This document shows, one piece after another, positions 9,059-19,104 of a DNA stretch of 64,000 bases. The stretch covers positions 64,001-128,000 of the IMG/VR virus record IMGVR_UViG_3300028578_000003, one strand, 5' to 3'. The notes under the pieces were generated by a model that was not told the DNA's origin, ran no database searches, and was given only the letters and a program-made list of their open reading frames with translations. The stretch is from a virus. A program made the translations under genes and the position numbers. Positions within the stretch are counted from its first letter, which is position 1. Each line of letters starts with the position of its first letter.

Positions 9059-9868
9059 ATGGCCGAGCGACCCGCCACCGAGCTGGACGATCTGGACGGC
9101 GAGTGCCCTGATGGCCCGTTCGCCGTCCAGATCGCCGGCCGCGTGGTGGTGTTCCGCCCGGCCGCCGGGCCCGGGTGGCGCGACCTGATGGAGGCGCTGG
9201 CGTGGCCGCCCGCGTTCATGGAGCTGTACGGGCCGGACGACCCGGACCACGCCGACGCGGTGTGGACGCTGCCGGTCTGGCAGATGCGGGCGCTGCTGCG
9301 CGGCTGGCGGGTCCACCACGGCCTGTCCGTGTCCGACGCCGATCACCTGCGCCTGATCGGGACGCTCGCCAAGCCGGCCATGCGGGCGGCCGCCGAACGG
9401 GACCTGCGGGAGATCCACGGCCTGGACCTGACGCGGGAGTGGCGGCAACGGCGGTGGCGGCGGCTGCTGAACCTGCTCGACGGGGTGCGCCGCGACTCGT
9501 ACCTGTCCGAGGCGATCTCGCTGGATGAGGAGTGGGCCGAGGAGACCCTGAAGCGGGAGGACGCCAAGAAAGAAGAGGACCGACGGCCCCGGCGCCGGCT
9601 GTCAGAGTTCAGTGTCGAGGCCGAGCTGCTCAGCCATGTCGTCGACCGGGTCGGCGAGCTGATCCAGACCGTCGCGGCGACGCGCGGCGCTAAACCGCGC
9701 CGGGTCGAACCGATGCCCCGGCCGGAAAGCGTGGTGCACCGGATGCGGCACCGGCGCGCGCACCGCCAGCACAAGTTCACCGTGGCGCGCGCGTTCGGGT
9801 GGGTCGATGCCAAGGGGCAGCCGACCAGTCGCAGTCCCACGGGCGGGACCACGCCACCTACCACCTGA
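9059..9868 (+). CDS. Tail assembly chaperone, G'T-like fusion
   Basis: N-half resembles preceding chaperone; C-half DLREIHGLDL...WRRLLNLLD typical of T domain; directly before tape measure. Confidence 0.72.
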   Translation: MAERPATELDDLDGECPDGPFAVQIAGRVVVFRPAAGPGWRDLMEALAWPPAFMELYGPDDPDHADAVWTLPVWQMRALLRGWRVHHGLSVSDADHLRLIGTLAKPAMRAAAERDLREIHGLDLTREWRQRRWRRLLNLLDGVRRDSYLSEAISLDEEWAEETLKREDAKKEEDRRPRRRLSEFSVEAELLSHVVDRVGELIQTVAATRGAKPRRVEPMPRPESVVHRMRHRRAHRQHKFTVARAFGWVDAKGQPTSRSPTGGTTPPTT

Positions 9869-9890
9869 TCCTTCGAAGGAGGTAGGTGGC

Positions 9891-12800
9891 GTGGGGACCA
9901 AGACGTTCAGTGCAGGCACGGCATTCCTGACCGTGGTCCCAAGCTTCCTCGACGTCGAGGAGGCGTTCAAGAAGCAGGTCCGCGACATGGCGGCCGCCGC
10001 GGACCGGGACCTGGCCGCCGGCATGGCCCGTGGGCTCAAGGAGGCGAACCGGCAGGCGAAGGGCGCCGGCGCCAAGGCCGGCAGCCAGTTCGCCGGCGCC
10101 TACGAGTCCGAGGCCAAGAAGACGCTGGTCAAGGCGTACCGGTCGCTGCCGGAGCCGCAGCCCGGCGTGAACCTGCGCAAGTGGGACAAGGCGCTGGCCG
10201 CTGTTCGCGGCGAGATGAAGGAACTGTCCGAGCAGCAAATCGGCATCGACATCAACCAGCGGGACTTCGACACCGCGGTCGACCAGATGGCCAAGAAGCT
10301 CGAGGAACTGCGGGGATCCGCGCCGACCGACCGGGGCTGGTTCAACGCCAACCAGGCGGCCCAGGCGCTCGGCGAGCTCCAACGGTTCACCGACGAGGTC
10401 AAACGCCGGACCGGTGAGGCCGGCGAGCAGTCCGGATCCGCGTTCCACCAGGGCATGGCCAAGGCGCTACGCGCCGGCCTGTCCGGGCTGCCGCCGATCA
10501 AGCTGACCGCCGACTCCTCCGACGCCGAACGGGCACTCGAAGGCCTGCGGCAGCGGATGCTCACCCTGCAGTCCAAGCAGATCGGTGTGGACATCGACGC
10601 GGCCGCCGCCTACGCGGAGCTGCGGGCAATCTACCTGGAGTTGCAGCGCCTCGACCGAACCAAGGTGCGGGTGGACATCCGCACCAACGCGCACGAGGCC
10701 GCCGCTGGGATGACCCAGTTCATCTCGGCGGCGGAGCAGGCCGGCCGGTCTACCGAAGGCATCGGGCATCGGGCCCAGTTCAGCATGTCGCGGCTGGAGT
10801 ACCTAATCGCGCTGGGCGTCTCGGTCGGTACCGCGATCGTGCCGGCCGCCGCCGCGGCGGCGGGGGCGATCGGGTTCATCGGCACCGCGGCGATCGGGGC
10901 AATCGCCGGTCTCGGTGTTCTCGCGCTCGGTACCAGCGGTGTCGCTGACGCGGTCAAGGCGCTCAACGGATACCAGCAGGACCAGCTGAAGTCGACCAAC
11001 AGCCTGAACCAGGCGCAACGACGGATGGCCGGGGCGGCGGACCAGATCCGGATGGCGGAGCTGTCGCTGGCCAACACACGGCGCAACATCGCCGAGCAGG
11101 CCGAGGACGCGGCGCGGCGGGTCGCCGACGCCGAGCGCGGGGTGACTGACGCGCGGCGGGAGGGACGCCAGCAGCTGGTCGAGGCGGGCCGCGCCGTCCG
11201 GGAGGCGCAGCGCGCGGTCACCGAGGCCGAGGGTGACGCCCTCGACGTGCGTGAGGCGCTGAACGACGCGATCCGCGAGGCCACCCGTGACATGGCTGAG
11301 CTGGACACGGCGCTCAAGCGCAACAGCCACGAGCAGGAGCAGGCCGTCACGGCGCAGATGGCCGCGCTGGAGGACCTCAACCGGCTCAAGGCCAACCCGC
11401 GCGCGACGGAGATCGAACTGCGCCGTGCGAAGGAGTCGTACGACGAGCAGACGATCCGGCTGGAGGAGTTGCGTAACAAGCAGCGGGAGCTGGCCGATGA
11501 CAAGGCCCGCGCGGACAAGCTCGGGGTGGAAGGCGACCGGCGGGTCATCCAGGCCCGGGAGCGGGTCGCGGACGCGGACGAGCGGGTGGCCCGGGCGCGG
11601 GAACGGCTGGACCGCGAGGTCGAGCAACGGCGTGAGGCCGAGTATCAGGCGTCACGGCGGATCGCGGACGCGCAGCGGCAGTTGGCCGACGCGCAGCGTG
11701 CGCAGACCCGGCAGCAGCTCGACGCGCAGTTCCAGCTGGCGCAGGCGACCCACTCGCTGGAGTCCGCCAAGCGGTCCGAGGCGCAGGCGTGGGAGCAGGC
11801 CGGCGTCGCCGGGGGCGCCGCGCTGGAGAAGCTGAACGAGGAGATGAGCCAGCTCAGCCCGGCCGGGCAGCGGTTCGCGCGCTTTTTGTTCGGTTTGAAG
11901 GATGAGGTGCTGCGGTTGCGGACGGCGGCGGCGGAGCCGCTGCTGCCCCGCCTCGAGGAGGCCATCACCCACGGGCTGCGGTACCTGCCGGGCTTCGAGA
12001 AGTTCGTCGGCAAGGTGGCGGAGAAGACCGGCGATCTGGCGATCGCAGCCGTCGACGCGTTCGGCAACCCGGTGTGGCGCAGGTTTTTCAGCTACGTCGA
12101 CGCGCGGGCCGTGCCGGCGTTACAGACGCTGTTCGACACGGGATCGAACCTGGCGCAGGGCCTGATCTCTCTCTACCTGGCATTGACCCCATTCGATGAG
12201 CCGGTGGGTACGGGCCTGGTCGAGCTGTCCCGCGACTTCGCGCAGTGGGCGGAGCGGCTCAACCGCACGCAGGGCTACCAGGACTTCCTGGACTACGTTG
12301 CCGCGAACGGGCCGCGGGTGGTGAAGTTCCTGGGCGAGGTCGGCGAGCTGCTCATCGACCTGGTCGTGGCGGCCGCCCCCCTGGGCTCGGTCGTACTGCG
12401 GGCGTTGACCGCGATCGTCGACGTGCTCAACTCGATCCCGCAGCCGGCCCTGACGGCGCTGGTGATCGGCATCGGTCTGGTGTCGCTGGGCATGACCACG
12501 CTCGGCGCGGTCATGCGGGTAATCAAGTTCCGGCAGCAGATGATGGACATCTTCGGCCCTCGCGTGGCGCAGATGGTGCAGACGTACGCCGTCGAGACCG
12601 GTCGGGCCACCGAGGCGACCAGCCGGTTCGGGAAAGCGACCGCGACCGTGTCCGGGATGGCCGCCGCGGCGGCCACCCGGGTCCGCGTCCTGGGCGAGGC
12701 GTCCGGCGCGGTGAACACGCAGGCCGGCCGGCTCGCCACCACGGTCGAAGGGCCGCTGCGGCGCGGGCTGGACAGCGTCCGGACGGCCGCTTTCAACGCG

Positions 12801-15173
12801 GCGTTGGCGATGAACGGGCCGGGCGGCGCGGCCGGCGCCGCGCAGGCGGCGCAGGCCCGGCTGATCGGGTTGAGCGCGGGCGCCGAGGTAGCGGCCCGCA
12901 CCGGGTTCGCCCGGGTCCGGGACGCGGCGTTCGGTGCCGCCCTGGCCATGAACGGGCCAGCCGGGGTGGCCGGCGCCGTCCAGGTCGCGGGCGGCAAGCT
13001 GCGCGAGTTCGGGGCGTCGGCCGGCACGCACGCCGCCGGGGGTCTGAACGTGCTGCGGCGCAGCGCCGGGTCGCTGGTGGGGTTCCTCGGCGGCCCGTGG
13101 GGTGTGGCGATCGCCGCCGCGACCGTCGGCATCGGGATCCTCACCTCGAAGCAGGCTGACCAGAAGGCCAAGACCGACAGCCTGCGGGACGCGCTGGTCA
13201 GCTTGACCGACGCGTACGAGGAGATCACTGCCGGCAACTCGGGTGCGGTCGACGGGCTGGTGCGTAACAACGTCGCCCTGCAGAACCTGATCCTTAACGC
13301 CGAGCGGTACGGGTTGAAGATCAGGGACATCGTGGCCGCGATCGAGGGTGATGTGGGTGCCCGGGACAAGCTGATGAACTCCTACAACGCGGAGATCGGC
13401 CGGCTGGAGGAGTTGTTCGTCAAGTACAAGGAGCGGGAAGAGTGGTTTGGCACCAACGCTGAGGCGCAGGCCGCCCTGACCGCGGCGGGCGTCGAGAGCG
13501 GCGACGAGCTCCGGGACCGGATCATCCAGCTGAAGGGTGAGCGCGACGCGATCGGCGCGACCGTCGACGCGAACCGGAAGGCGAAAGACGCGGTCGAGGT
13601 GCTGACCGGCGCCGAGCAGCGGGCCGCGGACGTTCTGTTGGTGCACGCCAACAATGCCCGGTTCGGGGCGCAGGCGCAGGATCGGCTGGCCTACCAGTAC
13701 CAGGTCAACGCGGGCCGGATCGCGGCGCTGAACGGACTGGTCAACACGTTCGGTGACGTGCAGTCGACGGCGACCGCGAAAGCGGAGGCGTTGCGGGCCG
13801 CGATCGAGAACCAGACCGGCGCCGTCGTCAACTCCATCGAGCGGGAAGAGGCGTGGCGGCGCTCGCTGATCGACCTGTCCAAGTCGGTGGAGCAGAACGG
13901 TGCCACGCTGGCGCTGAACACGGCCGAGGGCCTCAACAACCGGGACATGTTGCAGGCGACGGCGCGGGCGATCAGGGAGATGTACCTCGAGGACATCGCC
14001 GCCGGTAAGCCAATCGCGGATGTCACAAAGGCCCACCAGGGTCGGATCGACAAGCTGAAAGAGGAAGCGCACCGGCTGGGTCTGGCCGAGGAAGAGACCA
14101 AGGTGCTGATCGACGCGTACGGCGGCGTCCCCGACAAGATCACCACGGTTTTGGAGACGAAGAAGTTCGACCAGGTCTACGACGAGCTGCAGAAGCTCCA
14201 GTTCGCGCAGTTCGCGTTGAAGATGGGCATGTCGCCGAAAGAGGCGGAGAAGCAGTGGGAGCGGGAGAGCAAGGGCACCCAGTTCCGCTCCCCTGACCGC
14301 AAGTCCGGTGGCGGCCTGATGCGCGGGCCGGGGACGACCACATCGGACTCGATCCCGGCGTTGCTGTCCAACCTGGAGTTCGTGGAGCCGGCCGATTCGG
14401 TCGACTACTACGGCGTGGGGCTGTTCGAGGCGCTGCGGCACAAGCGGATCCCGAAGGAAATGCTGCCCGGGTTCGCCGGTGGCGGCCTGGCGATCCGGGC
14501 CCCGTACCGGGTCGAGTTGAGCAAGACCCGGGTGCCTACGCTGGAAGAGGTGCTGTCGAAGGTGGTCCCGCAGCCTTCCGCTGGCGGGATCGGCTCCGAC
14601 GACATGATGAAGATCCTGCACGGGCGGTTCCGGGGGCTGCCGCTGTACTCGGGCTGGCGGCAGGGGTCGCGGACCGCCAACGGCAGCCTGTCGTACCACG
14701 CGATGATCGCCGCGGACGGGGACAAGGGCCGGGCGGTGGACATCCCACCCCGCAAGGACGTCTTCGACTACATCCACGACAACTTCTTCAAGCTCACCCG
14801 TGAGCTGATCTGGCTGGGCGACGCGGCCCGGAACATCCACAACGGGCAGCACCACCGGTACTCGCAGGCGCTGCTCAACCAGCACGGTGTGGCCGGAATG
14901 CCCAACGCCCACATCCACTGGGCCATGGATGAGGGCGGATTCCTTCAGCCGGGGTGGAACCCGCCGATCTGGAACGGCACCGGGCAGCCGGAGCCGGTGA
15001 TGTCCCCCGGCCAGTGGGAGGACCTGCACGAGCTGGCGCGGGCCGGCGCCGCGGCACCCCGCGACGGCAACACCTACCAGTTCACGTTCGCGAACACCAC
15101 GCTCACACCCGGCCGGCTGCGCGCCATGCAGGCGGCCGACGAGACGTTGGCCCGCATCGACCGTCCCCACTAG
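9891..15173 (+). CDS. Tape measure protein with C-terminal putative peptidoglycan peptidase domain
   Basis: ~1760 aa, Ala-rich coiled coil, AGTAFLTVVPS N-terminus, GPGTTTSDSIPALLSN motif, SYH...AVD...HIH near C-terminus; GTG after AAGGAGG. Confidence 0.93.
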   Translation: MGTKTFSAGTAFLTVVPSFLDVEEAFKKQVRDMAAAADRDLAAGMARGLKEANRQAKGAGAKAGSQFAGAYESEAKKTLVKAYRSLPEPQPGVNLRKWDKALAAVRGEMKELSEQQIGIDINQRDFDTAVDQMAKKLEELRGSAPTDRGWFNANQAAQALGELQRFTDEVKRRTGEAGEQSGSAFHQGMAKALRAGLSGLPPIKLTADSSDAERALEGLRQRMLTLQSKQIGVDIDAAAAYAELRAIYLELQRLDRTKVRVDIRTNAHEAAAGMTQFISAAEQAGRSTEGIGHRAQFSMSRLEYLIALGVSVGTAIVPAAAAAAGAIGFIGTAAIGAIAGLGVLALGTSGVADAVKALNGYQQDQLKSTNSLNQAQRRMAGAADQIRMAELSLANTRRNIAEQAEDAARRVADAERGVTDARREGRQQLVEAGRAVREAQRAVTEAEGDALDVREALNDAIREATRDMAELDTALKRNSHEQEQAVTAQMAALEDLNRLKANPRATEIELRRAKESYDEQTIRLEELRNKQRELADDKARADKLGVEGDRRVIQARERVADADERVARARERLDREVEQRREAEYQASRRIADAQRQLADAQRAQTRQQLDAQFQLAQATHSLESAKRSEAQAWEQAGVAGGAALEKLNEEMSQLSPAGQRFARFLFGLKDEVLRLRTAAAEPLLPRLEEAITHGLRYLPGFEKFVGKVAEKTGDLAIAAVDAFGNPVWRRFFSYVDARAVPALQTLFDTGSNLAQGLISLYLALTPFDEPVGTGLVELSRDFAQWAERLNRTQGYQDFLDYVAANGPRVVKFLGEVGELLIDLVVAAAPLGSVVLRALTAIVDVLNSIPQPALTALVIGIGLVSLGMTTLGAVMRVIKFRQQMMDIFGPRVAQMVQTYAVETGRATEATSRFGKATATVSGMAAAAATRVRVLGEASGAVNTQAGRLATTVEGPLRRGLDSVRTAAFNAALAMNGPGGAAGAAQAAQARLIGLSAGAEVAARTGFARVRDAAFGAALAMNGPAGVAGAVQVAGGKLREFGASAGTHAAGGLNVLRRSAGSLVGFLGGPWGVAIAAATVGIGILTSKQADQKAKTDSLRDALVSLTDAYEEITAGNSGAVDGLVRNNVALQNLILNAERYGLKIRDIVAAIEGDVGARDKLMNSYNAEIGRLEELFVKYKEREEWFGTNAEAQAALTAAGVESGDELRDRIIQLKGERDAIGATVDANRKAKDAVEVLTGAEQRAADVLLVHANNARFGAQAQDRLAYQYQVNAGRIAALNGLVNTFGDVQSTATAKAEALRAAIENQTGAVVNSIEREEAWRRSLIDLSKSVEQNGATLALNTAEGLNNRDMLQATARAIREMYLEDIAAGKPIADVTKAHQGRIDKLKEEAHRLGLAEEETKVLIDAYGGVPDKITTVLETKKFDQVYDELQKLQFAQFALKMGMSPKEAEKQWERESKGTQFRSPDRKSGGGLMRGPGTTTSDSIPALLSNLEFVEPADSVDYYGVGLFEALRHKRIPKEMLPGFAGGGLAIRAPYRVELSKTRVPTLEEVLSKVVPQPSAGGIGSDDMMKILHGRFRGLPLYSGWRQGSRTANGSLSYHAMIAADGDKGRAVDIPPRKDVFDYIHDNFFKLTRELIWLGDAARNIHNGQHHRYSQALLNQHGVAGMPNAHIHWAMDEGGFLQPGWNPPIWNGTGQPEPVMSPGQWEDLHELARAGAAAPRDGNTYQFTFANTTLTPGRLRAMQAADETLARIDRPH

Positions 15174-15176
15174 CGA

Positions 15177-15220
15177 CGAACGGACTCAACCCCGATGGCG
15201 GTAGGGGTTGGGTCCGTTCG
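15177..15220 (+). terminator. Stem-loop after tape measure gene
   Basis: CGAACGGACTCAACCCC / GGGGTTGGGTCCGTTCG with one G-U pair on + strand. Confidence 0.55.
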
Positions 15221-15298
15221 TGTGTGGGCCAGCCGGTAACAGGCCCCGGTGCAACAGCGTACGACCCGGTTCCACGCGAGCGAGGAGGAGGGTCGCAC

Positions 15299-16192
15299 GT
15301 GAGCTTCGCCTCGGAGATCGGCACCATGTACGCCACCTGGACGGACCCGACCGGGCAGGTCTGGGAGTTGACGAACGTCGACGACGACTCCGGTTGGTTC
15401 ACGACGAACGGGCCCGGCGGGTGGGGCGCCGTCGAGTACGAGATCATCCTCGACCCGCTCGCCAGCGGCGGCGGCGAGCCCCGGTTCATCCGTGCCGAGA
15501 GCGGCCGGGTCACGTGGCCGCTGTACATCGCCGGCGACACGCACATGGAGTTCCTGACCCGCTATCGGGCCATCAAACGCGCCATCCTCATGACCGTCCA
15601 CCGTGGACAGCTAGGGGTGCTGCGGGTGGCCCGGCCCGACGGTTCAGCCAGGGAACTGAGATGTTTCTATGAGTCGGGTTTGCGGGGTGAGCCCGGCGAA
15701 AACTGGGTCAAAGCCCAGCCCGTGGTCACGTTCCTCGCGCCGGACGGCTACTGGCGCGACGTCGAAGAGACCGTCATCGAGCACTCCTACGTCGGCACGC
15801 CGGTCTCGTTCTTCGACCCGTTCTTCACCGTCTCCGACTCGCAGGTGCTGGGCGAAGCCACGATCACCAACGTCGGAGACGTTGACGCGTGGCCGGAATG
15901 GACCATCACCGGGCCGATGACCTCGATCGCCGCCACCAACCACACCACCGGCAAGGCGTTCACCCTCGACCACGCCCTGACCTCCGGCGAGCAGATCACC
16001 ATCCGGACCGCGCGGCCGCGGCCGATGGTCCGCGGCCCAGCCGACATCAACCTGGTCGGTGCCCTGAACTGGCCAGCCGCCCAGTTGTGGCCTCTCATCC
16101 CCGACCTCAACGAGATCGAGTTCGACGTCGCCGGCGCGGCCGCCGGCACGAAGACGCAGTTGCGCTACTTCAACCGGTACGACGGGGCGTAG
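15299..16192 (+). CDS. Distal tail protein (Dit)
   Basis: ITNVGDVDAWPEWTITGP, LWPLIPDLNEIEF; follows tape measure; GGAGGAGG RBS. Confidence 0.85.
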   Translation: MSFASEIGTMYATWTDPTGQVWELTNVDDDSGWFTTNGPGGWGAVEYEIILDPLASGGGEPRFIRAESGRVTWPLYIAGDTHMEFLTRYRAIKRAILMTVHRGQLGVLRVARPDGSARELRCFYESGLRGEPGENWVKAQPVVTFLAPDGYWRDVEETVIEHSYVGTPVSFFDPFFTVSDSQVLGEATITNVGDVDAWPEWTITGPMTSIAATNHTTGKAFTLDHALTSGEQITIRTARPRPMVRGPADINLVGALNWPAAQLWPLIPDLNEIEFDVAGAAAGTKTQLRYFNRYDGA

Positions 16193-16194
16193 AG

Positions 16195-17385
16195 ATGACC
16201 GAACCGCAGATCACCCTCAACGACCTGGCCGACTACACCCTCCTGATCACCGACCGGAACCTTGTGCCGGTCGGTGACCCGGTCTGTTGCTGGACCCAGC
16301 TGGACGCCACGCTGCGCTTCAACGAACCCGCGTCCGGGTTCTTCACTTCCCCCGGTCTGCCATGGGTACGGCAGCAGATCTCACCCGGCAACCGCGTGGT
16401 CGTCATCCGCAACGGCGACGTCTTCACCGCGGGCCCGATCGAGTCCAGCAACTTCGAGCGCTCGGACGACGGCGAGAACGCCGGCCTGGGCAACATCCGG
16501 GTCAACTTCACCGACGACCTTATGTGGGCCGCTGGCCGGCTCGCCTACCCAGACCCGGACGTCGCGCCCGCCCTGCAGGTCATCGACAACTGGACCTTCT
16601 CCGGCAACGCCGAGCTGGCCATCCGCGAGCTGGTCGACGCCAGCGCCGGGCCGAGCGCCCGCAGCGAGCGGCGGGTGCCGCAGCTGGTACTGGGGTCGCT
16701 GGCCAGCGTCGGATCCACCATCGACGCCAAGGCCGCCCTGTTCGAGCCGGTGCTCGACGTCGTGCGCCGCATGGCCCTGGCCGGCGGCGGGCTCGGCGTC
16801 CGCACCCGGCAGGTCGGCGACCAGATCCTGGTCGAGACCTACGACCCACCGGACGTCTCCGGCACCGTCCGGTTCGGCTTCGAATGGGGGAACGCGAAGT
16901 ACCTGGCGTACGAGATGAACGGCCCCACGGTCACCGCGGCCCTGGTCGGCGGGCAGGGCGACGGCGCCGACCGGCTCGTCATCGAGCGGACCAACGCGGC
17001 CGCCGAAGCCGCCTGGGGGCGTATCGAGCGGCTGGTGTCGCGGCCCGGTTCCAGCCCGACCGCCGAACTGGAGGAGGCCGGGGACCAGGAGCTCGCCGAG
17101 GGTGCGGAGACCGCGCGGATCCCCGCGAACGTGGCCGACACCCCCGACATGCGGTACGGCCAGCACTACACCCTCGGTTCGGTCGTGGCGCAGGAGACCT
17201 ACCCCGGTGAGCAGGTCATCGACATCGTCCGGTCCGTGCACCTGCAGGCGTGGGCTACCGCGGGTGAGATCTTCGCCCCCGTCGTCGGCTCCCAGGCCGC
17301 GACCGCCGACCCGGTCTCGGTGCGCAGGCTACGCGCGATGGACCGGCGTATCGGCCGGCTGGAACGCACCACCAGCTCGGTGTAG
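16195..17385 (+). CDS. Minor tail protein (ReqiPepy6 Gp37-like / Tal-hub)
   Basis: LRFNEP, VGGQGDGADR, YGQHYTLG motifs; follows Dit. Confidence 0.82.
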   Translation: MTEPQITLNDLADYTLLITDRNLVPVGDPVCCWTQLDATLRFNEPASGFFTSPGLPWVRQQISPGNRVVVIRNGDVFTAGPIESSNFERSDDGENAGLGNIRVNFTDDLMWAAGRLAYPDPDVAPALQVIDNWTFSGNAELAIRELVDASAGPSARSERRVPQLVLGSLASVGSTIDAKAALFEPVLDVVRRMALAGGGLGVRTRQVGDQILVETYDPPDVSGTVRFGFEWGNAKYLAYEMNGPTVTAALVGGQGDGADRLVIERTNAAAEAAWGRIERLVSRPGSSPTAELEEAGDQELAEGAETARIPANVADTPDMRYGQHYTLGSVVAQETYPGEQVIDIVRSVHLQAWATAGEIFAPVVGSQAATADPVSVRRLRAMDRRIGRLERTTSSV

Positions 17386-17471
17386 CCACCCACCCTAAGT
17401 CCGTTCCTGATCAGCCCGGCGCGCTTGGTGCGCCGCCGGGCCGCTCACGCCTGTCCGAAGGAGGGATCCCC

Positions 17472-18584
17472 TTGGCCGAGTCTTCGTGGCCGGCGTCCAC
17501 CCACAACTCCGGCGCCGTCAACGCCGGCGCCGAGTACGAGATGGTCGGCCGGTACGCCATGGCCGGAGACGGCATCGCCGGCGTTCCCAGCGACCCCGCG
17601 ATCGCGTACGCCGACGGCTCAGCCCGGCAGGTGACGATCCGCGCGAACCGGTTCGTGACTCTGTGGGGACGGGTGTGGAGCAGCGGCACCACCGACATCA
17701 TCAAGGCCATCTCGGCGAACACGTCCGGGTCGACGCGCGTCGACCTGCTCGTGCTCGAGCTGGCCCGGTCGAGCGGCGCCATCACCAACAAGATCGTGGC
17801 CGGCACACCCGGGGCCGGAGCGCCGGCCATCACCTCCAACGGGTCCATCCACCAGTACGCGGTCCTCGAGGTGACGGTTCCGAACAACGCCTCGGTCATC
17901 CTGGCCGGCAACGTGAAGGTCGTCGCCCGGTTGAACCGGTCCGTGATCCGCCAGGTGCTCCTGGCCGGCGAGACATGGGTGAAGCCGATCAACGCCCGCG
18001 GTCACCTCGTGCAGGCGCAGGCCGGGGGCGGCGGCAGCGGCGGCGTGCCCGCCACCTCGGCCGGTGAGACCGCGTTGGGCGCCCCCGGCGGGGGTGGCGG
18101 CTACTGCGAGAAGTACTTCGACTCCGCCGACATCACCGACACCGTTGTGGTGACCATGGGTGCGGCCGGCGCCGCCGGGGCGGCCGGCACCAGCCCTGGC
18201 GGCAACGCCGGAAACGTCACGTTCGGCGCGTACCTGACCGCCAACGGCGGCGGCGGCGGCGAGGGCGGCGACAACACCAGCGGCAACTTCCTCGCGGCCG
18301 GCGGCAGCGGCGGCGCCGCCAGCGGCGGCGACATCAACATCCCCGGCGGTGACGGCTCGAACAGTCAGGTCCACAGCGGTCAAGCGCTACGCGGTGGACT
18401 GTGCGGCCGCTCGCACCTGTCCGGTCAGGGCCGGATCACCGCGGTGACCACTGGCGCGGTCGGCGGCGTCGGCGCCAACTACGGCGGCGGTGCCGGGCCC
18501 GCCTTCAACAACGGCGCGGGCCAGGCCGCCCGGGCGGGCGCGGTCGGCGGCGCCCCCATCGTGATCATCACCACGTACTTCTAA
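17472..18584 (+). CDS. Minor tail protein with glycine-rich C-terminal domain
   Basis: MAESSWP, ANTSGSTRVDLLVL; GGGGSGG...GGGGGY repeats. Confidence 0.8.
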   Translation: MAESSWPASTHNSGAVNAGAEYEMVGRYAMAGDGIAGVPSDPAIAYADGSARQVTIRANRFVTLWGRVWSSGTTDIIKAISANTSGSTRVDLLVLELARSSGAITNKIVAGTPGAGAPAITSNGSIHQYAVLEVTVPNNASVILAGNVKVVARLNRSVIRQVLLAGETWVKPINARGHLVQAQAGGGGSGGVPATSAGETALGAPGGGGGYCEKYFDSADITDTVVVTMGAAGAAGAAGTSPGGNAGNVTFGAYLTANGGGGGEGGDNTSGNFLAAGGSGGAASGGDINIPGGDGSNSQVHSGQALRGGLCGRSHLSGQGRITAVTTGAVGGVGANYGGGAGPAFNNGAGQAARAGAVGGAPIVIITTYF

Positions 18585-18607
18585 GGCGGCGGTGAAGGGG
18601 TGTCCAC

Positions 18608-18934
18608 ATGCTGCTGTCCACCACCACCTACCTGTACGCCCTCGCGAGTGCGGCGGAGGCGACCCCCACCGGGCTGGTCGACCTCGCGCAGTACGGCGTA
18701 CTCGGCATCGTCGCCGTCGGACTGATCGTCTTCGCCAGGAACGCGCACAAACGCGAACAAGACCGGGCCGATCGGATGGAAGCCGAAAACCGACGACTCA
18801 ACGAGTTACTCCTGGAGCGGGTCATCCCGGCGCTGACGTCCGCCACGCACGCCGCCAAGCAGTCCGCCGACCTGCTGCAGGCCATGCAGGAAGAACGTCA
18901 ATACAGCCGACGGCCAAGAGGCGGAGGCAGTTGA
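18608..18934 (+). CDS. Membrane protein with coiled coil (lysis-region, holin-like)
   Basis: LAQYGVLGIVAVGLIVF TM segment then coiled coil. Confidence 0.65.
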   Translation: MLLSTTTYLYALASAAEATPTGLVDLAQYGVLGIVAVGLIVFARNAHKREQDRADRMEAENRRLNELLLERVIPALTSATHAAKQSADLLQAMQEERQYSRRPRGGGS

Positions 18935-19104
18935 TGCCCACACCACAAGAATCCGGTGCTGTGGAGAACCGGCTGGTCCTGGTCGCCGAAGGCCTTGACC
19001 AGGCCGTCGCCGACCTCCAGCGCCTGGTGCAGGAACTCAAGGGCGAGCTCTTAGCCGCCACCGAACACCCTAAACCGCAGGCGAGCGAGGGGGAACAGCG
19101 ATGA
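18934..19104 (+). CDS. Small coiled-coil hypothetical protein
   Basis: TGATG coupling upstream, ATGA overlap downstream, GGAGG RBS. Confidence 0.6.
   Translation: MPTPQESGAVENRLVLVAEGLDQAVADLQRLVQELKGELLAATEHPKPQASEGEQR

Noticed and set aside
8930-9060. Programmed -1 frameshift in the tail chaperone
   Set aside because: No canonical slippery heptamer near the stop, and the downstream ORF is in the same frame
12120-15170. Long antisense ORFs (e.g. 1016 aa here; also 45149-47749, 29132-31477, 23654-25468, 2962-4758)
   Set aside because: Shadow ORFs from high GC3 bias opposite well-supported genes; Arg/Pro/Gly-rich with no motifs
4704-18584. Contractile injection system / tailocin / gene transfer agent
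   Set aside because: No sheath or baseplate wedge genes; adaptor and stopper imply a capsid; linked replication genes argue against a GTA
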